A stretch of DNA of 64,000 nt from Burkholderiales bacterium (GTDB lineage Bacteria > Pseudomonadota > Gammaproteobacteria > Burkholderiales > JACQAP01): NCBI GenBank assembly GCA_035275265.1, contig DATENC010000029.1:65955-129954 (forward strand). The letters run 5' to 3'. This document shows positions 40,767 through 50,925 of this stretch, one piece after another (the first letter of the stretch is position 1; every line of letters begins with the position of its first letter). The notes under the pieces are model-generated. The model was not told the DNA's origin, did not search any database, and worked only from the letters and a program-made list of their open reading frames with translations. The position numbers and the translations under genes were made by a program.

Positions 40767-40968
40767 ATTAGATTTGTCAAACTTTCAACTGATTGGTCAG
40801 AAAGGAATTATTGGATGCTAGGAGTGCAAACAGCGGGCGCCTCGCTTGACTGAATAGTCCAAATAAATACAATTCTCATTTGTATTGAGTACCCTCCAAA
40901 CACGCGAACCAGTGCTCCGGGTTGCGCGCGAAAGACCGGTTCTAATGCCCCGAGGAATTGCCATCCCC

Positions 40969-42909
40969 ATGATGTTTTCCAGATTGCGCTGTGTGTCTGT
41001 CGCCCTTCTTCTGACGATTCCGCTTGCCGTCGCGGCGCAAACCACGGATGCGGGTCCCGCTCAGGGTCAGATGGTCCTGCACCTGCTCGACTACATTTCC
41101 GTCGAGTACCCCCAGTTCGTCAAAGCCGGCAGAATCGTCAACGCCGACGAGTACGCGGAGCAAGTCGAGTTCTCCGCTCAGGTCGCAGATGCCATCGGGA
41201 ATTTTGCGCCACACCCGGAAAAGGACGCGCTGGTGGCATCGGCTGCGATCCTGGTCAAGCTGATCGCCGACAAAGGGGATAGCGGCAAGGTCGTCCAACG
41301 CGCACGAGACTTGCAACGCGGCTTGATCAAGGCTTACAGGATTCAAATCGCACCGGCGCGCGCACCGGACCTGAGCGGTGCGTCTGGTTTGTACCAGTCG
41401 AACTGCGTTGCCTGTCACGGCGCTGCGGGCGACGGCAACGGGCCGCAAGCCGCTGCACTCGAACCACGGCCAACGAATTTTCAGGATCATGCCCGCCAGC
41501 TTCAGCGCAGCGTCTACGGCCTGTACAACACCATCAGTCTCGGCGTAGAGGGCACCTCGATGCCGGCATTCGGCAACCTGCGCCCGGAAGAACGCTGGGC
41601 GCTTGCGTTTTACGTAAGTCAGTTCGTCTCCACGGAAGACGAACGCAACCAAGGAAAGCAGCTGTGGCAGCGCCCCGGCATGCAAGCGCTGTTTCCGCGG
41701 CTATCGGATCTGGTCGGAACCACACCCGCGGAAACGTTGCGCGTGGGCGACTCGGCCTATCAGGTGCTTGCATACCTACGCGCGCATCCAGACGTGATAC
41801 CCACGCAAGACAGCGCGTCACCGCTCTCAGTTGCGATTGCGAAAATCCGCGAAAGCCTCGATCTGTACCGGCAGGGAAAGCACGAGGCTGCGCATCAGGC
41901 CGCGATCAGTGCATACCTGGAAGGCTTCGAGCTGGCGGAAGCGAGCCTCGACCGGGTCGACAGCGGCCTGCGCAACCGCATAGAACAGGACATGATGGCC
42001 TACCGTAATCTGATCAAGACCAAAGTGCCCGTGGAGGTCGTCGAGCAAAAAGGCCTCGCGCTTGTCAAGTCCCTCGAAGGGGCTGGCACGCTCAGCGGTG
42101 ACGACAAACTGTCCGCGGCGGGCGCCTTTAGCTCTGCGTTCATTATCGTAGCGCGCGAGGGCCTGGAGGCAATTCTCGTGCTTGCGGCAATTGCGGCATT
42201 CCTGATCAAGTCAGGGCGCCGGGATGGCCTCAAACACCTTCACGCCGGGTGGATCGTGGCGCTTCTGGTCGGCATCGCCACCTGGATCGTTTCCTCGACA
42301 CTGCTCGAGATCAGTGGTGCACAGAGGGAAATTACCGAAGGCCTGACCGCACTGCTTGCCGCCGCCGTTCTGCTGTATGCAGGCTACTGGCTGCACAGCC
42401 GATCGCATGCATCCCGCTGGCAATCGTTCATTGGTGGACAGGTCAGCAACGCATTGTCGCGACGCACATTGTTCGGAATTGCTTTGATTTCGTTTCTGGC
42501 GGTGTATCGCGAGGCATTCGAGACCGTATTGTTCATGCAGGCGCTTTGGGTACAGGCCGAGGCCGCATCGCGCAGCGGATTGGTTGCCGGCGTAGCCGCT
42601 GCCGGCGTCGTGCTCGCCATTCTGGCCTGGGTGATCTCCCGTTACAGCGCCAGGCTGCCCCTGAAGCTGTTTTTCAACCTCAGCTCGCTGTTTCTGGCAG
42701 CGCTGGCGGTGATCTTCGCCGGCAAGGGAGTGGCGGCGCTCCAAGCGGCCGGGAAGTTGCCAGCAGATGCGCTTGCGATCTCCGGCATCCCATCGCTGGG
42801 CATTTATCCAAACATTCAGGGCCTGGCGTTGCAGGTGCTGCTTGTAGTCTTGATCGTCGCCAGTTTTCTTTACAGCCGCGCCGGTGACAACCGCAGTTCA
42901 CGATCATGA
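40969..42909 (+). CDS. cytochrome c :: FTR1-family iron permease fusion
   Basis: Signal peptide [24 protein letters not shown]. The periplasmic domain has the heme motif CVACH and the distal Met context GTSMPAF. The C-terminal polytopic domain carries two REXXE motifs (REGLE, REAFE). The start could instead be ATG 40945 or TTG 40885. Confidence 0.88.
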   Translation: MMFSRLRCVSVALLLTIPLAVAAQTTDAGPAQGQMVLHLLDYISVEYPQFVKAGRIVNADEYAEQVEFSAQVADAIGNFAPHPEKDALVASAAILVKLIADKGDSGKVVQRARDLQRGLIKAYRIQIAPARAPDLSGASGLYQSNCVACHGAAGDGNGPQAAALEPRPTNFQDHARQLQRSVYGLYNTISLGVEGTSMPAFGNLRPEERWALAFYVSQFVSTEDERNQGKQLWQRPGMQALFPRLSDLVGTTPAETLRVGDSAYQVLAYLRAHPDVIPTQDSASPLSVAIAKIRESLDLYRQGKHEAAHQAAISAYLEGFELAEASLDRVDSGLRNRIEQDMMAYRNLIKTKVPVEVVEQKGLALVKSLEGAGTLSGDDKLSAAGAFSSAFIIVAREGLEAILVLAAIAAFLIKSGRRDGLKHLHAGWIVALLVGIATWIVSSTLLEISGAQREITEGLTALLAAAVLLYAGYWLHSRSHASRWQSFIGGQVSNALSRRTLFGIALISFLAVYREAFETVLFMQALWVQAEAASRSGLVAGVAAAGVVLAILAWVISRYSARLPLKLFFNLSSLFLAALAVIFAGKGVAALQAAGKLPADALAISGIPSLGIYPNIQGLALQVLLVVLIVASFLYSRAGDNRSSRS

Positions 42910-43925
42910 GTGAATCGAGGAGGTTTGCTTTGTCTTATTTTAGAATCGCTCTGGCCGCAGCGTGCATCGCAGTTGCGACCCCAGTCACTGGCGAAGAGGT
43001 GGTGGTTTACTCCGCGCGCATTGAGCAGCTTATCCGGCCGCTGTTCGACGCGTACACCCGGGATACCGGTGTTACCGTGAAATTCGTCACCGACAGGGAA
43101 GGTCCGCTGATGGAACGGCTGAAGGCGGAAGGATCGAATACACCGGCAGACGTGCTGCTTACCGTGGACGCCGGCAACCTGTGGCAGGCGACTCAGTTGG
43201 AGTTACTGCAACCGGTGCAATCGAAGACGTTGGAAGCGAACATTCCCGCTCATTTGCGCGACCCTGAAGGACGATGGTTCGGTCTTTCGGTGCGGGCACG
43301 TACCGTCGTCTACAACACCAGCAAAGTAAAACCTGCCGAGCTCAGCACTTATGAGGACCTTGGCAGCGCGAAATGGAAAGGCCGATTGTGTCTGCGGACA
43401 TCGAAGAAGGTCTACAACCAGTCGCTGGTAGCGATGATGCTCGCCGAGCACGGTGAAGCGAAAACCGAGCAGATCGTGCGCGGCTGGATCGGCAATCTCG
43501 CCGTGCCCGTGTTCCCCGACGACACCAAGATGATGGAAGCCATCGCCGGCGGGCAATGCGATGTTGGAATAACCAACACCTATTACTTCGGACGCTTGCT
43601 CGAAAAGTCGCCAGACCAGCCGCTCGCGCTGTTCTGGCCGAATCAGTCCGGTTCCGGGGTACACGTTAACATTTCCGGTGCCGGCGTCACCAAGTACGCA
43701 AAGAATCCCCACGGCGCGGCCAAGCTGCTGGAATGGCTGTCTTCAGTTGTCGCGCAAAGCCTCTATGCCGACGCCAATATGGAGTACCCGGTCAATCCAG
43801 CGGTCAAACCCCACCCGGCCGTTACCAGCTGGGGCAATTTCAAACAGAACAATATCAATGTCGCCAAAGCCGGCGAACTGCAAGCTGCCGCGGTGCGCCT
43901 CATGGACCGCGCAGGCTATCACTGA
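42906..43925 (+). CDS. fbpA: Fe(3+) ABC transporter periplasmic substrate-binding protein
   Basis: Its ATGA start overlaps the stop of the permease fusion. It has a signal peptide and FbpA/AfuA-like collinearity (VVVYSAR..., TNTYYFGRL). Confidence 0.9.
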   Translation: MSESRRFALSYFRIALAAACIAVATPVTGEEVVVYSARIEQLIRPLFDAYTRDTGVTVKFVTDREGPLMERLKAEGSNTPADVLLTVDAGNLWQATQLELLQPVQSKTLEANIPAHLRDPEGRWFGLSVRARTVVYNTSKVKPAELSTYEDLGSAKWKGRLCLRTSKKVYNQSLVAMMLAEHGEAKTEQIVRGWIGNLAVPVFPDDTKMMEAIAGGQCDVGITNTYYFGRLLEKSPDQPLALFWPNQSGSGVHVNISGAGVTKYAKNPHGAAKLLEWLSSVVAQSLYADANMEYPVNPAVKPHPAVTSWGNFKQNNINVAKAGELQAAAVRLMDRAGYH

Positions 43926-43958
43926 TCGGACACCCGGCTCTGCAATGGCGCTCGCACG

Positions 43959-45569
43959 GTGAGTGCCGCGCGCCTGTTCCCGGTGCTGGTCGCCGCGCTG
44001 GTGCTGGCGCCAATCGCGGTGATCTTCTCATCGTTCCTGACACCGGCCGACGATGTCTGGCACCATTTCGCTGCGACAATTCTCGACGAGCTCATCATCA
44101 ACACGTTGATACTCGCGCTCGCTGTCGCCGCAGGCACGGCGGTGCTGGGCGTCGGTCTGGGATGGCTCACGGCGGTGTGCGATTTCCCGGGCCGGAGATT
44201 TTTTTCGTGGGCACTGCTGTTGCCTCTCGCTATACCGGCGTATGTCATCGGTTTTGTCGCGATCGCACTGCTGGATTTTACCGGTCCGCTGCAATCCGGG
44301 TTGAGATCGCTCACCGGCTCCGGTCTGCCGTGGTTTCCGCCAATCCGCAGCCGCGGGGGGGTGGCTCTGGTCATGACGCTGGCGCTTTATCCTTATGTCT
44401 TCCTGCTTGCGCGCAATGCCTTCCACACCCAAGGGAAACGCATGCTGGAAGCCGGCCGCGCCCTCGGACTGACCTCCTACGAGGCATTCCTTCGTGTGGC
44501 TCTTCCAATGGCGCGGCCATGGGTAGCAGCCGGCGTGATGTTGGTAGTCATGGAAACGCTGGCCGATTTCGGAACAGTAGCGGTATTCAACTACGATACG
44601 TTGACTACGGGAGTCTACAAGGCCTGGTACGGGCTATTTTCGATCACGGCAGCTTCGCAGGTTGCCTCGATACTCATACTGATTGCGCTCGCAGTGCTGT
44701 TGGTCGAACAGCAAACTCGATTGCGCATGCGTTTTTCCTCCGTGCCCGCCGGCGGCGAGACGCCGCGCATCGTATTGGCCGGCAGGCACAGATTCGGAGC
44801 GCTCGCCGCCTGCACGATGGTTTTCGGTATTGGCTTTGTCGGTCCAGCCGCTCAACTTTCTTTGTGGGTAATCGAGGCGGCTTCCACCGACTTCGATAGC
44901 CGCTACCTCGAATACGTTTGGCACTCCCTGGCACTGGGCGCGCTGGCGGCGCTGTGCGTAACCACGACCGCGTTGCTTCTGAACTATGCGGGGCGACGCC
45001 AACCCGATCGGATTACGAGAATCACGCTCAAACTCGCCAATATCGGCTATGCGGTGCCCGGCGCAGTGTTGGCGGTCGGGATCTTCGTTGCTTTTGCCTG
45101 GTTGGATCGGGCCATACCGTCATCGCTGCGGGATTTCCTAGGGATCACGTCCGGCGCACTGCTGCAAGGTTCAGTTGCAGCGATGCTGGTTGCGTACATG
45201 ATCCGGTTTCTGGCAGTGGGTTTCGCTCCGTTGGAAAGCGCCCTGCATCGCGTTACCCGCAGCATCGACGAGGCGGCGACCGCACTGGGCCAGGGCGGCG
45301 TTCGGCTGCTCTACCGGGTGCACCTGCCATTGCTGCGCGGCGGGCTTGCTACTGCCGCCGTGCTGGTGTTCGTGGATGTCCTGAAGGAAATGCCGATCAC
45401 GTTGATGACGCGGCCCTTTGGCTGGGATACCCTCGCGATTCGAATTTTCGAGTTGACTTCCGAAGGGCAATGGGAGCTCGCCGCGTTGCCGGCATTGGTA
45501 TTGGTGCTGGCCGGCATGCTGCCGGTAATCCAACTCACCCGTGCCTCCAAATGGAACGCTTCGGCCTGA
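43959..45569 (+). CDS. fbpB: iron ABC transporter permease (duplicated MalFG-type domains)
   Basis: A 536-aa polytopic protein with two permease halves. GTG start. Confidence 0.9.
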   Translation: MSAARLFPVLVAALVLAPIAVIFSSFLTPADDVWHHFAATILDELIINTLILALAVAAGTAVLGVGLGWLTAVCDFPGRRFFSWALLLPLAIPAYVIGFVAIALLDFTGPLQSGLRSLTGSGLPWFPPIRSRGGVALVMTLALYPYVFLLARNAFHTQGKRMLEAGRALGLTSYEAFLRVALPMARPWVAAGVMLVVMETLADFGTVAVFNYDTLTTGVYKAWYGLFSITAASQVASILILIALAVLLVEQQTRLRMRFSSVPAGGETPRIVLAGRHRFGALAACTMVFGIGFVGPAAQLSLWVIEAASTDFDSRYLEYVWHSLALGALAALCVTTTALLLNYAGRRQPDRITRITLKLANIGYAVPGAVLAVGIFVAFAWLDRAIPSSLRDFLGITSGALLQGSVAAMLVAYMIRFLAVGFAPLESALHRVTRSIDEAATALGQGGVRLLYRVHLPLLRGGLATAAVLVFVDVLKEMPITLMTRPFGWDTLAIRIFELTSEGQWELAALPALVLVLAGMLPVIQLTRASKWNASA

Positions 45570-45573
45570 CGTA

Positions 45574-46635
45574 ATGACCACCGTTATCGAACTCCTGGAA
45601 GTCCATCATGCCTATGGAGATCACGTGGTCGTCGACGGACTATCGCTGTCGCTCGCCAAGGGCAGCATCGGCTGCCTGCTCGGGCCGAGCGGGTGCGGCA
45701 AAACCACGGTGCTGCGCTGCATCGCCGGATTCGAGCGGATCCGGGCCGGCGAAATCCGCATGAACGGTATACCGGTAAGCACAACAACTTTGCATGTGCC
45801 CACCGAGAAACGCCGGGTTGGCATCGTATTCCAGGACTACGCGCTTTTCCCCCATCTGAACGTGCAAGCCAACGTTGCCTTCGGCCTGCACCGCCGGAGA
45901 GCTTCGGAACGGCGGGAGCGCGTATCGCAGCTGCTCGAAGTAACCGGCCTGCGAAGCATGGCCGGGCGTTATCCGCACGAACTCTCGGGTGGACAGCAAC
46001 AACGCGTGGCCCTCGCGCGCGCACTCGCGCCGCAGCCCGATCTCCTCCTGCTCGACGAACCGTTTTCCAACCTGGACGTGGATCTGCGCGAACGGTTGAG
46101 CCTTGAAGTGCGCGATATCCTCAAGGCCCAGGGCTCGACCGCCATCATGGTGACCCACGACCAGTACGAGGCGTTCGCGATGGCTGATGAGATCGGCATC
46201 ATGGCTAACGGCCGGGTCCAGCAGTGGGACAGCGCGCACAACATCTATCATCGGCCCTGCAACCGCTTCGTCGCCGATTTCGTCGGCCAGGGGGTTTTTC
46301 TACAGGGGCGGGTAAACGGCGGCGGCAAAATCGAGATCGAGCTTGGCGTGCTCGACGGAGAGATCCGGGTAACAGCGCTCGCCTCGGGGGACCAGACGCC
46401 GGGACCCGATCTTGAAGTCCTGCTGCGACCGAACGATGTGGTGCACGACGATTCGAGCCCGACCAAGGCGCAGGTTCTGCATAAGGCGTTTCGCGGCGCC
46501 GAAATCCTTTATACCCTAAGGCTTGCTAGCGGCGCCCGCGTCTTGTCGCTGGTACCTAGTCATCACAATCACGCAGTCGGCGAATTCGTGGGGATACGGC
46601 TGGAGACCGGCCACGTCGTCGCATTCCAAAAATAG
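45574..46635 (+). CDS. fbpC: iron ABC transporter ATP-binding protein
   Basis: Walker A GPSGCGKTT, signature LSGGQQQR, Walker B LLLLDEP, and a C-terminal TOBE-like domain. Internal ATG at 45574. Confidence 0.92.
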   Translation: MTTVIELLEVHHAYGDHVVVDGLSLSLAKGSIGCLLGPSGCGKTTVLRCIAGFERIRAGEIRMNGIPVSTTTLHVPTEKRRVGIVFQDYALFPHLNVQANVAFGLHRRRASERRERVSQLLEVTGLRSMAGRYPHELSGGQQQRVALARALAPQPDLLLLDEPFSNLDVDLRERLSLEVRDILKAQGSTAIMVTHDQYEAFAMADEIGIMANGRVQQWDSAHNIYHRPCNRFVADFVGQGVFLQGRVNGGGKIEIELGVLDGEIRVTALASGDQTPGPDLEVLLRPNDVVHDDSSPTKAQVLHKAFRGAEILYTLRLASGARVLSLVPSHHNHAVGEFVGIRLETGHVVAFQK

Positions 46636-46675
46636 AAGCCCCGCCTTGCGCCGGCGTTTGCACCACAGACGGCTC

Positions 46676-47221
46676 CTACTTTCCGGGCAACATGCGCAGG
46701 AACACGCCATCTCGATCGAACAGGAGATGCTTCAGCGCCGCCGCGACGTGAATCACCACCAGTGTGATCAGAAACACCGCAGTTACACCGTGGATGCCTT
46801 GCAGGAGATCGTAGATGACCTTGTTCTCCCACCCCAACGGCGGGATCTTGAATAGCCCGAAGTACGTCACCCCGTACTTGGTGAACTGGGACGCTGAAAA
46901 GCCGGACAATGGCATCAGAATCAGGCACAGGTACAGCAGTGCATGGCTCACCTTCGATGCCTGGACCTGCCACGCAGGCATGCTCGACGGCAGCGCCGGC
47001 GGAGGATTCCTGAAACGCCACCACAAACGGATCAGTACCAGCATCGCAACCGTCACGCCGATCGACTTGTGCAGGTTGTAAAAGAAAGTGCGTTCCGGCG
47101 TGCCGCGCGGGATGTCGGTCATGTACAGACCGAGCCCAATCATCACCAAAACGAGAATCGCGACGATCCAGTGCAGCGCAATCGCGGGCGTGGAATAGCG
47201 CTGAACCTCTTTGTTATTCAT
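46676..47221 (-). CDS. cybB: cytochrome b561 family protein
   Basis: Four TM helices with His ligands in the CybB pattern (ALHWIV..., HKSIG..., SHALLY..., HVAAALKH). Internal ATG at 47221. Confidence 0.88.
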   Translation of the reverse strand: MNNKEVQRYSTPAIALHWIVAILVLVMIGLGLYMTDIPRGTPERTFFYNLHKSIGVTVAMLVLIRLWWRFRNPPPALPSSMPAWQVQASKVSHALLYLCLILMPLSGFSASQFTKYGVTYFGLFKIPPLGWENKVIYDLLQGIHGVTAVFLITLVVIHVAAALKHLLFDRDGVFLRMLPGK

Positions 47222-47286
47222 GGACGAAAACCCTCCCCTGGGAACCTGCATACGCGCGTCGTCAACGCGCGTATGTTACGCGGCTG

Positions 47287-48234
47287 CTACTGGATCACAA
47301 CCCCCCAGGGACGAATGCCTACCGGGATATCCTTGATTTTCTTGTTGGTCTTCGTGTCGATCACGGACACCGAGTCGGAGCGGCCGTTGGCGACATAAAG
47401 CTTGCTTCCGTCCGGTGTGATTGCCATGTTCCAGGGGCGCTTGCCTACCTCAATGGTAGCGATGACCTTGTTGGTTGCAGTGTCGATTACCGAAACCGTG
47501 GCGTCCTTGCCATTGGAAATGTACACGCGGCTGCCGTTGGGATGGACCGTTACCCCATTGGAAAATTGCCCGCCCGGGATGGTGGCGATAGGCGCATGTT
47601 TGGTTACGTCGAGTGCATGGACGGTGCTGGCGTATTCGGCTGCGGTATACGCCACCTTGCCGCCAGGCAGGAAGGCGATGCCACGCGGACGTTTGCCCAC
47701 TGGAATTTCGGCGACCTGTTTGCGTTGCGCGACGTCGATGACATCGATCTGCGAGGCTTCCTCGGCGCTGGAATACACCCATTTGCCGTCGGGACTGAAT
47801 ACCGCATGCTCAGGATTCTCGCCATTCACCTTCACAAGGAACTCGCGCTGGTTGGTCTTTGTATTTATGAAGGCGATCGAGTTGCTCACTTCCACTGCGG
47901 CGACCACCCACATGCCGTCCGGCGAAATGCCGACACCCTCCGGGGATTCACCGAGCGCCACCTTGCCGACCATCTCACCCTTATCGATGTCGATGATGTC
48001 GAGTGCATTGTTGGGCTGGTCACTCACGTAAATGTGTTTGCCGTCCTTCGCAACCGCCATTCCGCGCGGCTTCTTGCCTGCCGGAATTTCCCGGACCACC
48101 TGGTCTGTAGCCGTGTCGATGACGCTGAGCGTCCCGCTTTCCTCGTTGGCCACGTACGCAAAAGGCGCCGCACATGCCGCTGTTGCCGTAGTCAGCAGAA
48201 ACGCTGCTGCGGCCTGGAGATATTTGCTGTTCAT
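47287..48234 (-). CDS. secreted YVTN-family beta-propeller repeat protein
   Basis: A signal peptide, then about seven repeats of the form Y[VI]xNxxxxxVSVIDxxTxxVxxxIxVGxxPxG[VI]A. Confidence 0.85.
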   Translation of the reverse strand: MNSKYLQAAAAFLLTTATAACAAPFAYVANEESGTLSVIDTATDQVVREIPAGKKPRGMAVAKDGKHIYVSDQPNNALDIIDIDKGEMVGKVALGESPEGVGISPDGMWVVAAVEVSNSIAFINTKTNQREFLVKVNGENPEHAVFSPDGKWVYSSAEEASQIDVIDVAQRKQVAEIPVGKRPRGIAFLPGGKVAYTAAEYASTVHALDVTKHAPIATIPGGQFSNGVTVHPNGSRVYISNGKDATVSVIDTATNKVIATIEVGKRPWNMAITPDGSKLYVANGRSDSVSVIDTKTNKKIKDIPVGIRPWGVVIQ

Positions 48235-48599
48235 CCTGGTTTTCCCCGATTGTTGGATCAGATTGTCAACGCACGCGTCAAGTAGAGGCACAACCTACTG
48301 ACGCTGTTTGGAACTGCAACGGTGCCAAAAAGTTCTTGGAAATTTTGCCGGAATCTGGCGGGGCTCGGACCGTCCCGCTGTTAACCAGGCGTCATGCTAT
48401 CACCATCACGCACTGCCACGGCGGGAACGAAACGAGACGACGTCGTCCGCAAGTAGGGCGCAATCCCGCCGGAACGACATGCGAGCATTCTCGATTGAGC
48501 CTGTCCCTACAACGTCACTGGCGGCATGCGCATGAGGTATCGACTTTCGACGTGTCGCATAACGCCGTGCCCCCGGACATCGATGACAAGTGCGAGGTT

Positions 48600-48629
48600 C
48601 AAAAAAATGCCGGGCTGGTGGCCCGGCAT
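48600..48629 (-). terminator. intrinsic terminator downstream of the two-component operon
   Basis: On the minus strand, ATGCCGGGC-CACCA-GCCCGGCAT is followed by a run of seven T. Confidence 0.7.
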
Positions 48630-48726
48630 AAGAGAGGTACTCAACTTCAAAACATCAACAACAAAGGATTGCGGTCGGAAAGCTAGCAGCCCGCAGGTTG
48701 CGTCCACAGGGAAGTTTGCCCGAACC

Positions 48727-48747
48727 GGTTGGGAAATTTTCCCAACC
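48727..48747. promoter_or_regulatory. 10-1-10 palindrome GGTTGGGAAA-T-TTTCCCAACC
   Basis: A perfect inverted repeat 6 nt beyond the response-regulator stop codon. Related copies lie at 50907-50925, 50841-50852 and 48335-48350. Confidence 0.45.
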
Positions 48748-48752
48748 GCGGT

Positions 48753-49445
48753 TCAGCCAGCTTCGGAATGGTTCTCTTCGATTTCGCCGCCGGCCGCGAT
48801 CAATCCGTGGCTCAAGGCGATGCGTACCACTTGCGCGGTATTGCTCACGTCGAGCTTGTGCTTGATGTTGGACTGGTAGTTGGCGACCGTCTTGTAGGAC
48901 AGGCACAGAATCCGGGAAATCTCTTGCAGCGAGTGTCCGGCAACCAGCAGCCTGAACACTTCGAATTCCCGAGCGGACAGCGCATCGATCGGATTGTCGC
49001 GCCCGGGCAGCATCTGTAACGCCAACTCCTGCGCCATTTCGTGGCTAATGTAGAGCTTGCCTGCAGCGACCAGACGTACGGCCTCCACCAGCACCTCCGG
49101 CGCCGCTGATTTGGTAACGTAGCCACGCGCACCGGCTTGTAGTGCACGCGAGGAGAACACCGTGTCCTCGTGCATGCTGAACATCAGGACCTTTGCCTCC
49201 GGCAAGCGCGCGACGATGCGCCGCACCGCTTCGATGCCGCCGAGCCCGGGCAGATTGATATCCATCACAGTGACGTCGGGCTGCAGTTCGCACACCACGC
49301 GGTAAGCTTCCTCGCCGCTGGCAACCTCGGCAATCACTGAGATGTCCGCGGTGCGCTCAAGCAACCGGCGGTAGCCTTCGCGCACCACGGCATGGTCATC
49401 GACCAGCACCACCCGCACCACCTGGCTTGCCCGTCCTTCGTTCAT
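48753..49445 (-). CDS. NarL/FixJ (LuxR-type HTH) response regulator
   Basis: Receiver domain (VLVDDH..., VMDINLPG) plus a C-terminal LuxR HTH (LSAREFEVFRLLVAGHSLQEISRILCLSYKTVANYQSNIKHKL). Confidence 0.93.
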   Translation of the reverse strand: MNEGRASQVVRVVLVDDHAVVREGYRRLLERTADISVIAEVASGEEAYRVVCELQPDVTVMDINLPGLGGIEAVRRIVARLPEAKVLMFSMHEDTVFSSRALQAGARGYVTKSAAPEVLVEAVRLVAAGKLYISHEMAQELALQMLPGRDNPIDALSAREFEVFRLLVAGHSLQEISRILCLSYKTVANYQSNIKHKLDVSNTAQVVRIALSHGLIAAGGEIEENHSEAG

Positions 49446-50770
49446 TTCTTTTCCTTTGCCGGTATCACCGCTTTAACATGCACACCCCTGCCGGGCATGC
49501 TGTCGAGTTCAAAATGGCCGGCGACCCCCTCCACTCTCTCGCGCAGGCCTACCAGCCCCAGTCCGCGGCGCCTCTGCGACGGATCGAAGCCCTTGCCGTT
49601 GTCCCTGAAACTGAAGTGCACCTCGCGCGCCGCGCGGGTCATGGATACCGCGACCCGTGTCGCATCCGCGTGCTTGGCAACATTGGTCAAGCACTCCTGG
49701 ACCAGCCGGTAAAGCGTGATGTTGGTCTGCTCGTCGAGATCGTCAAGCTCTCCCTCTGCGACGAACGTGCACCGCACGCTAGCATGTCGGCGCTGCCACT
49801 GCTCGACGCCGTACTGGACGGCGGAGCGCAGCCCGAGTTCGTCCAGTGCCACCGGGCGCAGCCGTTGCATCAGGCCGCGCACCACGTCGTAGACCTGGCT
49901 CGATACTTCGATGATGGAAAGTGCGTCCCGATGTATCTCGGGAAGTGCCGCGCTGTTGTCGCGGATGCTGACCGCGTCCACTTTGATCGCGTTCAGGCTC
50001 TGTCCCAATTCGTCGTGCAACTCGCGCGCCAGGCTACGCCGCTCCTCCTCCTGCACTTGCATAGAACGCTGCGACAGGCGGCGGTTTTCCTCCAGCGCGC
50101 GGGCCAGTTCGGCCTGCATTAGCGTGACATCGGTGATGTCGGTGACGTAGACGTGTAACTCCGGCTCGCGGGAAGGCGACAAGCGCGCGCTCAGTTTTGC
50201 CACGACTTGAACCGGCACGCCGTCGCGGTTCTTGAGCCGGAGCACTGGCAGTTCGATCTTCTCGCCGCGCAGTAACCGGTCGCGATGCGCCTCCCACTGA
50301 TCACTCTCGGCATAGAACTCGCCCAAGTGGTGCCCGTTGAGGCCATCCGCTGTCTCAAAGGCAAGCAGTCGCGCAGCCGTCGGATTGGCCAGTTTGACCT
50401 GTCCGGTCGTGGTCGCCAACACGTTGCCGGACAGGTTCTCCATAAACAGTGTGCGGTATTGCTCTTCACTGTCCATGAGCGCCTGCTGCGCAGCAAGGCG
50501 CAGGGTCACCTGCTCCATAGCCTGCCTGGAACGTCGCCACGAAAACCACGCCAAAGCCATTGCCATGGCCAGTATCGTTAACGGCAGTTCGTCTATCTGG
50601 TAGCGTTCGTGGGGCACCGTCAGCAGTGCGATCCACTCGTTGAGTTCGAACAGGCTAGATAGAACGAAAGTCGATATGGTAACCACACCGACCACCATCA
50701 GGTCCCTGTGCACAGAGGGTCTGATGAAATTGACGGGTGCCGCATGAAAGGGCCGGGCAAGTGTATTCAT
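49442..50770 (-). CDS. sensor histidine kinase (2 TM + PAS + HisKA_3 + HATPase)
   Basis: The H-box ELHDELGQ, the N box LVQECLTNVAKHA and the G box DNGKGF...GLGLVGLRER. Its stop overlaps the regulator's start (ATGA). Start taken as the internal ATG at 50770. Confidence 0.9.
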   Translation of the reverse strand: MNTLARPFHAAPVNFIRPSVHRDLMVVGVVTISTFVLSSLFELNEWIALLTVPHERYQIDELPLTILAMAMALAWFSWRRSRQAMEQVTLRLAAQQALMDSEEQYRTLFMENLSGNVLATTTGQVKLANPTAARLLAFETADGLNGHHLGEFYAESDQWEAHRDRLLRGEKIELPVLRLKNRDGVPVQVVAKLSARLSPSREPELHVYVTDITDVTLMQAELARALEENRRLSQRSMQVQEEERRSLARELHDELGQSLNAIKVDAVSIRDNSAALPEIHRDALSIIEVSSQVYDVVRGLMQRLRPVALDELGLRSAVQYGVEQWQRRHASVRCTFVAEGELDDLDEQTNITLYRLVQECLTNVAKHADATRVAVSMTRAAREVHFSFRDNGKGFDPSQRRRGLGLVGLRERVEGVAGHFELDSMPGRGVHVKAVIPAKEKK

Positions 50771-50906
50771 GGGAGTTGCAGCTGGCGGGGGGATGGGATA
50801 AGTAAGGAATCTATATAACGGAACGCGCCCAACCCGGAAAGGGAAATTTTCCTGGGAACCCGATACTGCGCAAGTCTCGCCGGGAAATCCGCAGGACAGC
50901 CCGAAG

Positions 50907-50925
50907 ATTGGGAATTTTTCCCAAT
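50907..50925. promoter_or_regulatory. palindrome ATTGGGAA-TTT-TTCCCAAT in the divergent kinase / TonB-receptor promoter region
   Basis: It has the same core and the same 3' flank (GCGGTT) as the 48727-48747 copy. A half-strength copy, GGGAAATTTTCC, lies at 50841-50852. Confidence 0.45.

Noticed and set aside
40867-40883. A third Fur box (TACAATTCTCATTTGTA) upstream of the cytochrome c-FTR1 gene.
   Set aside because: Only about 9 of 19 positions match the Fur consensus in the best register I tried. It is a 5-7-5 palindrome but is not convincingly a Fur site.
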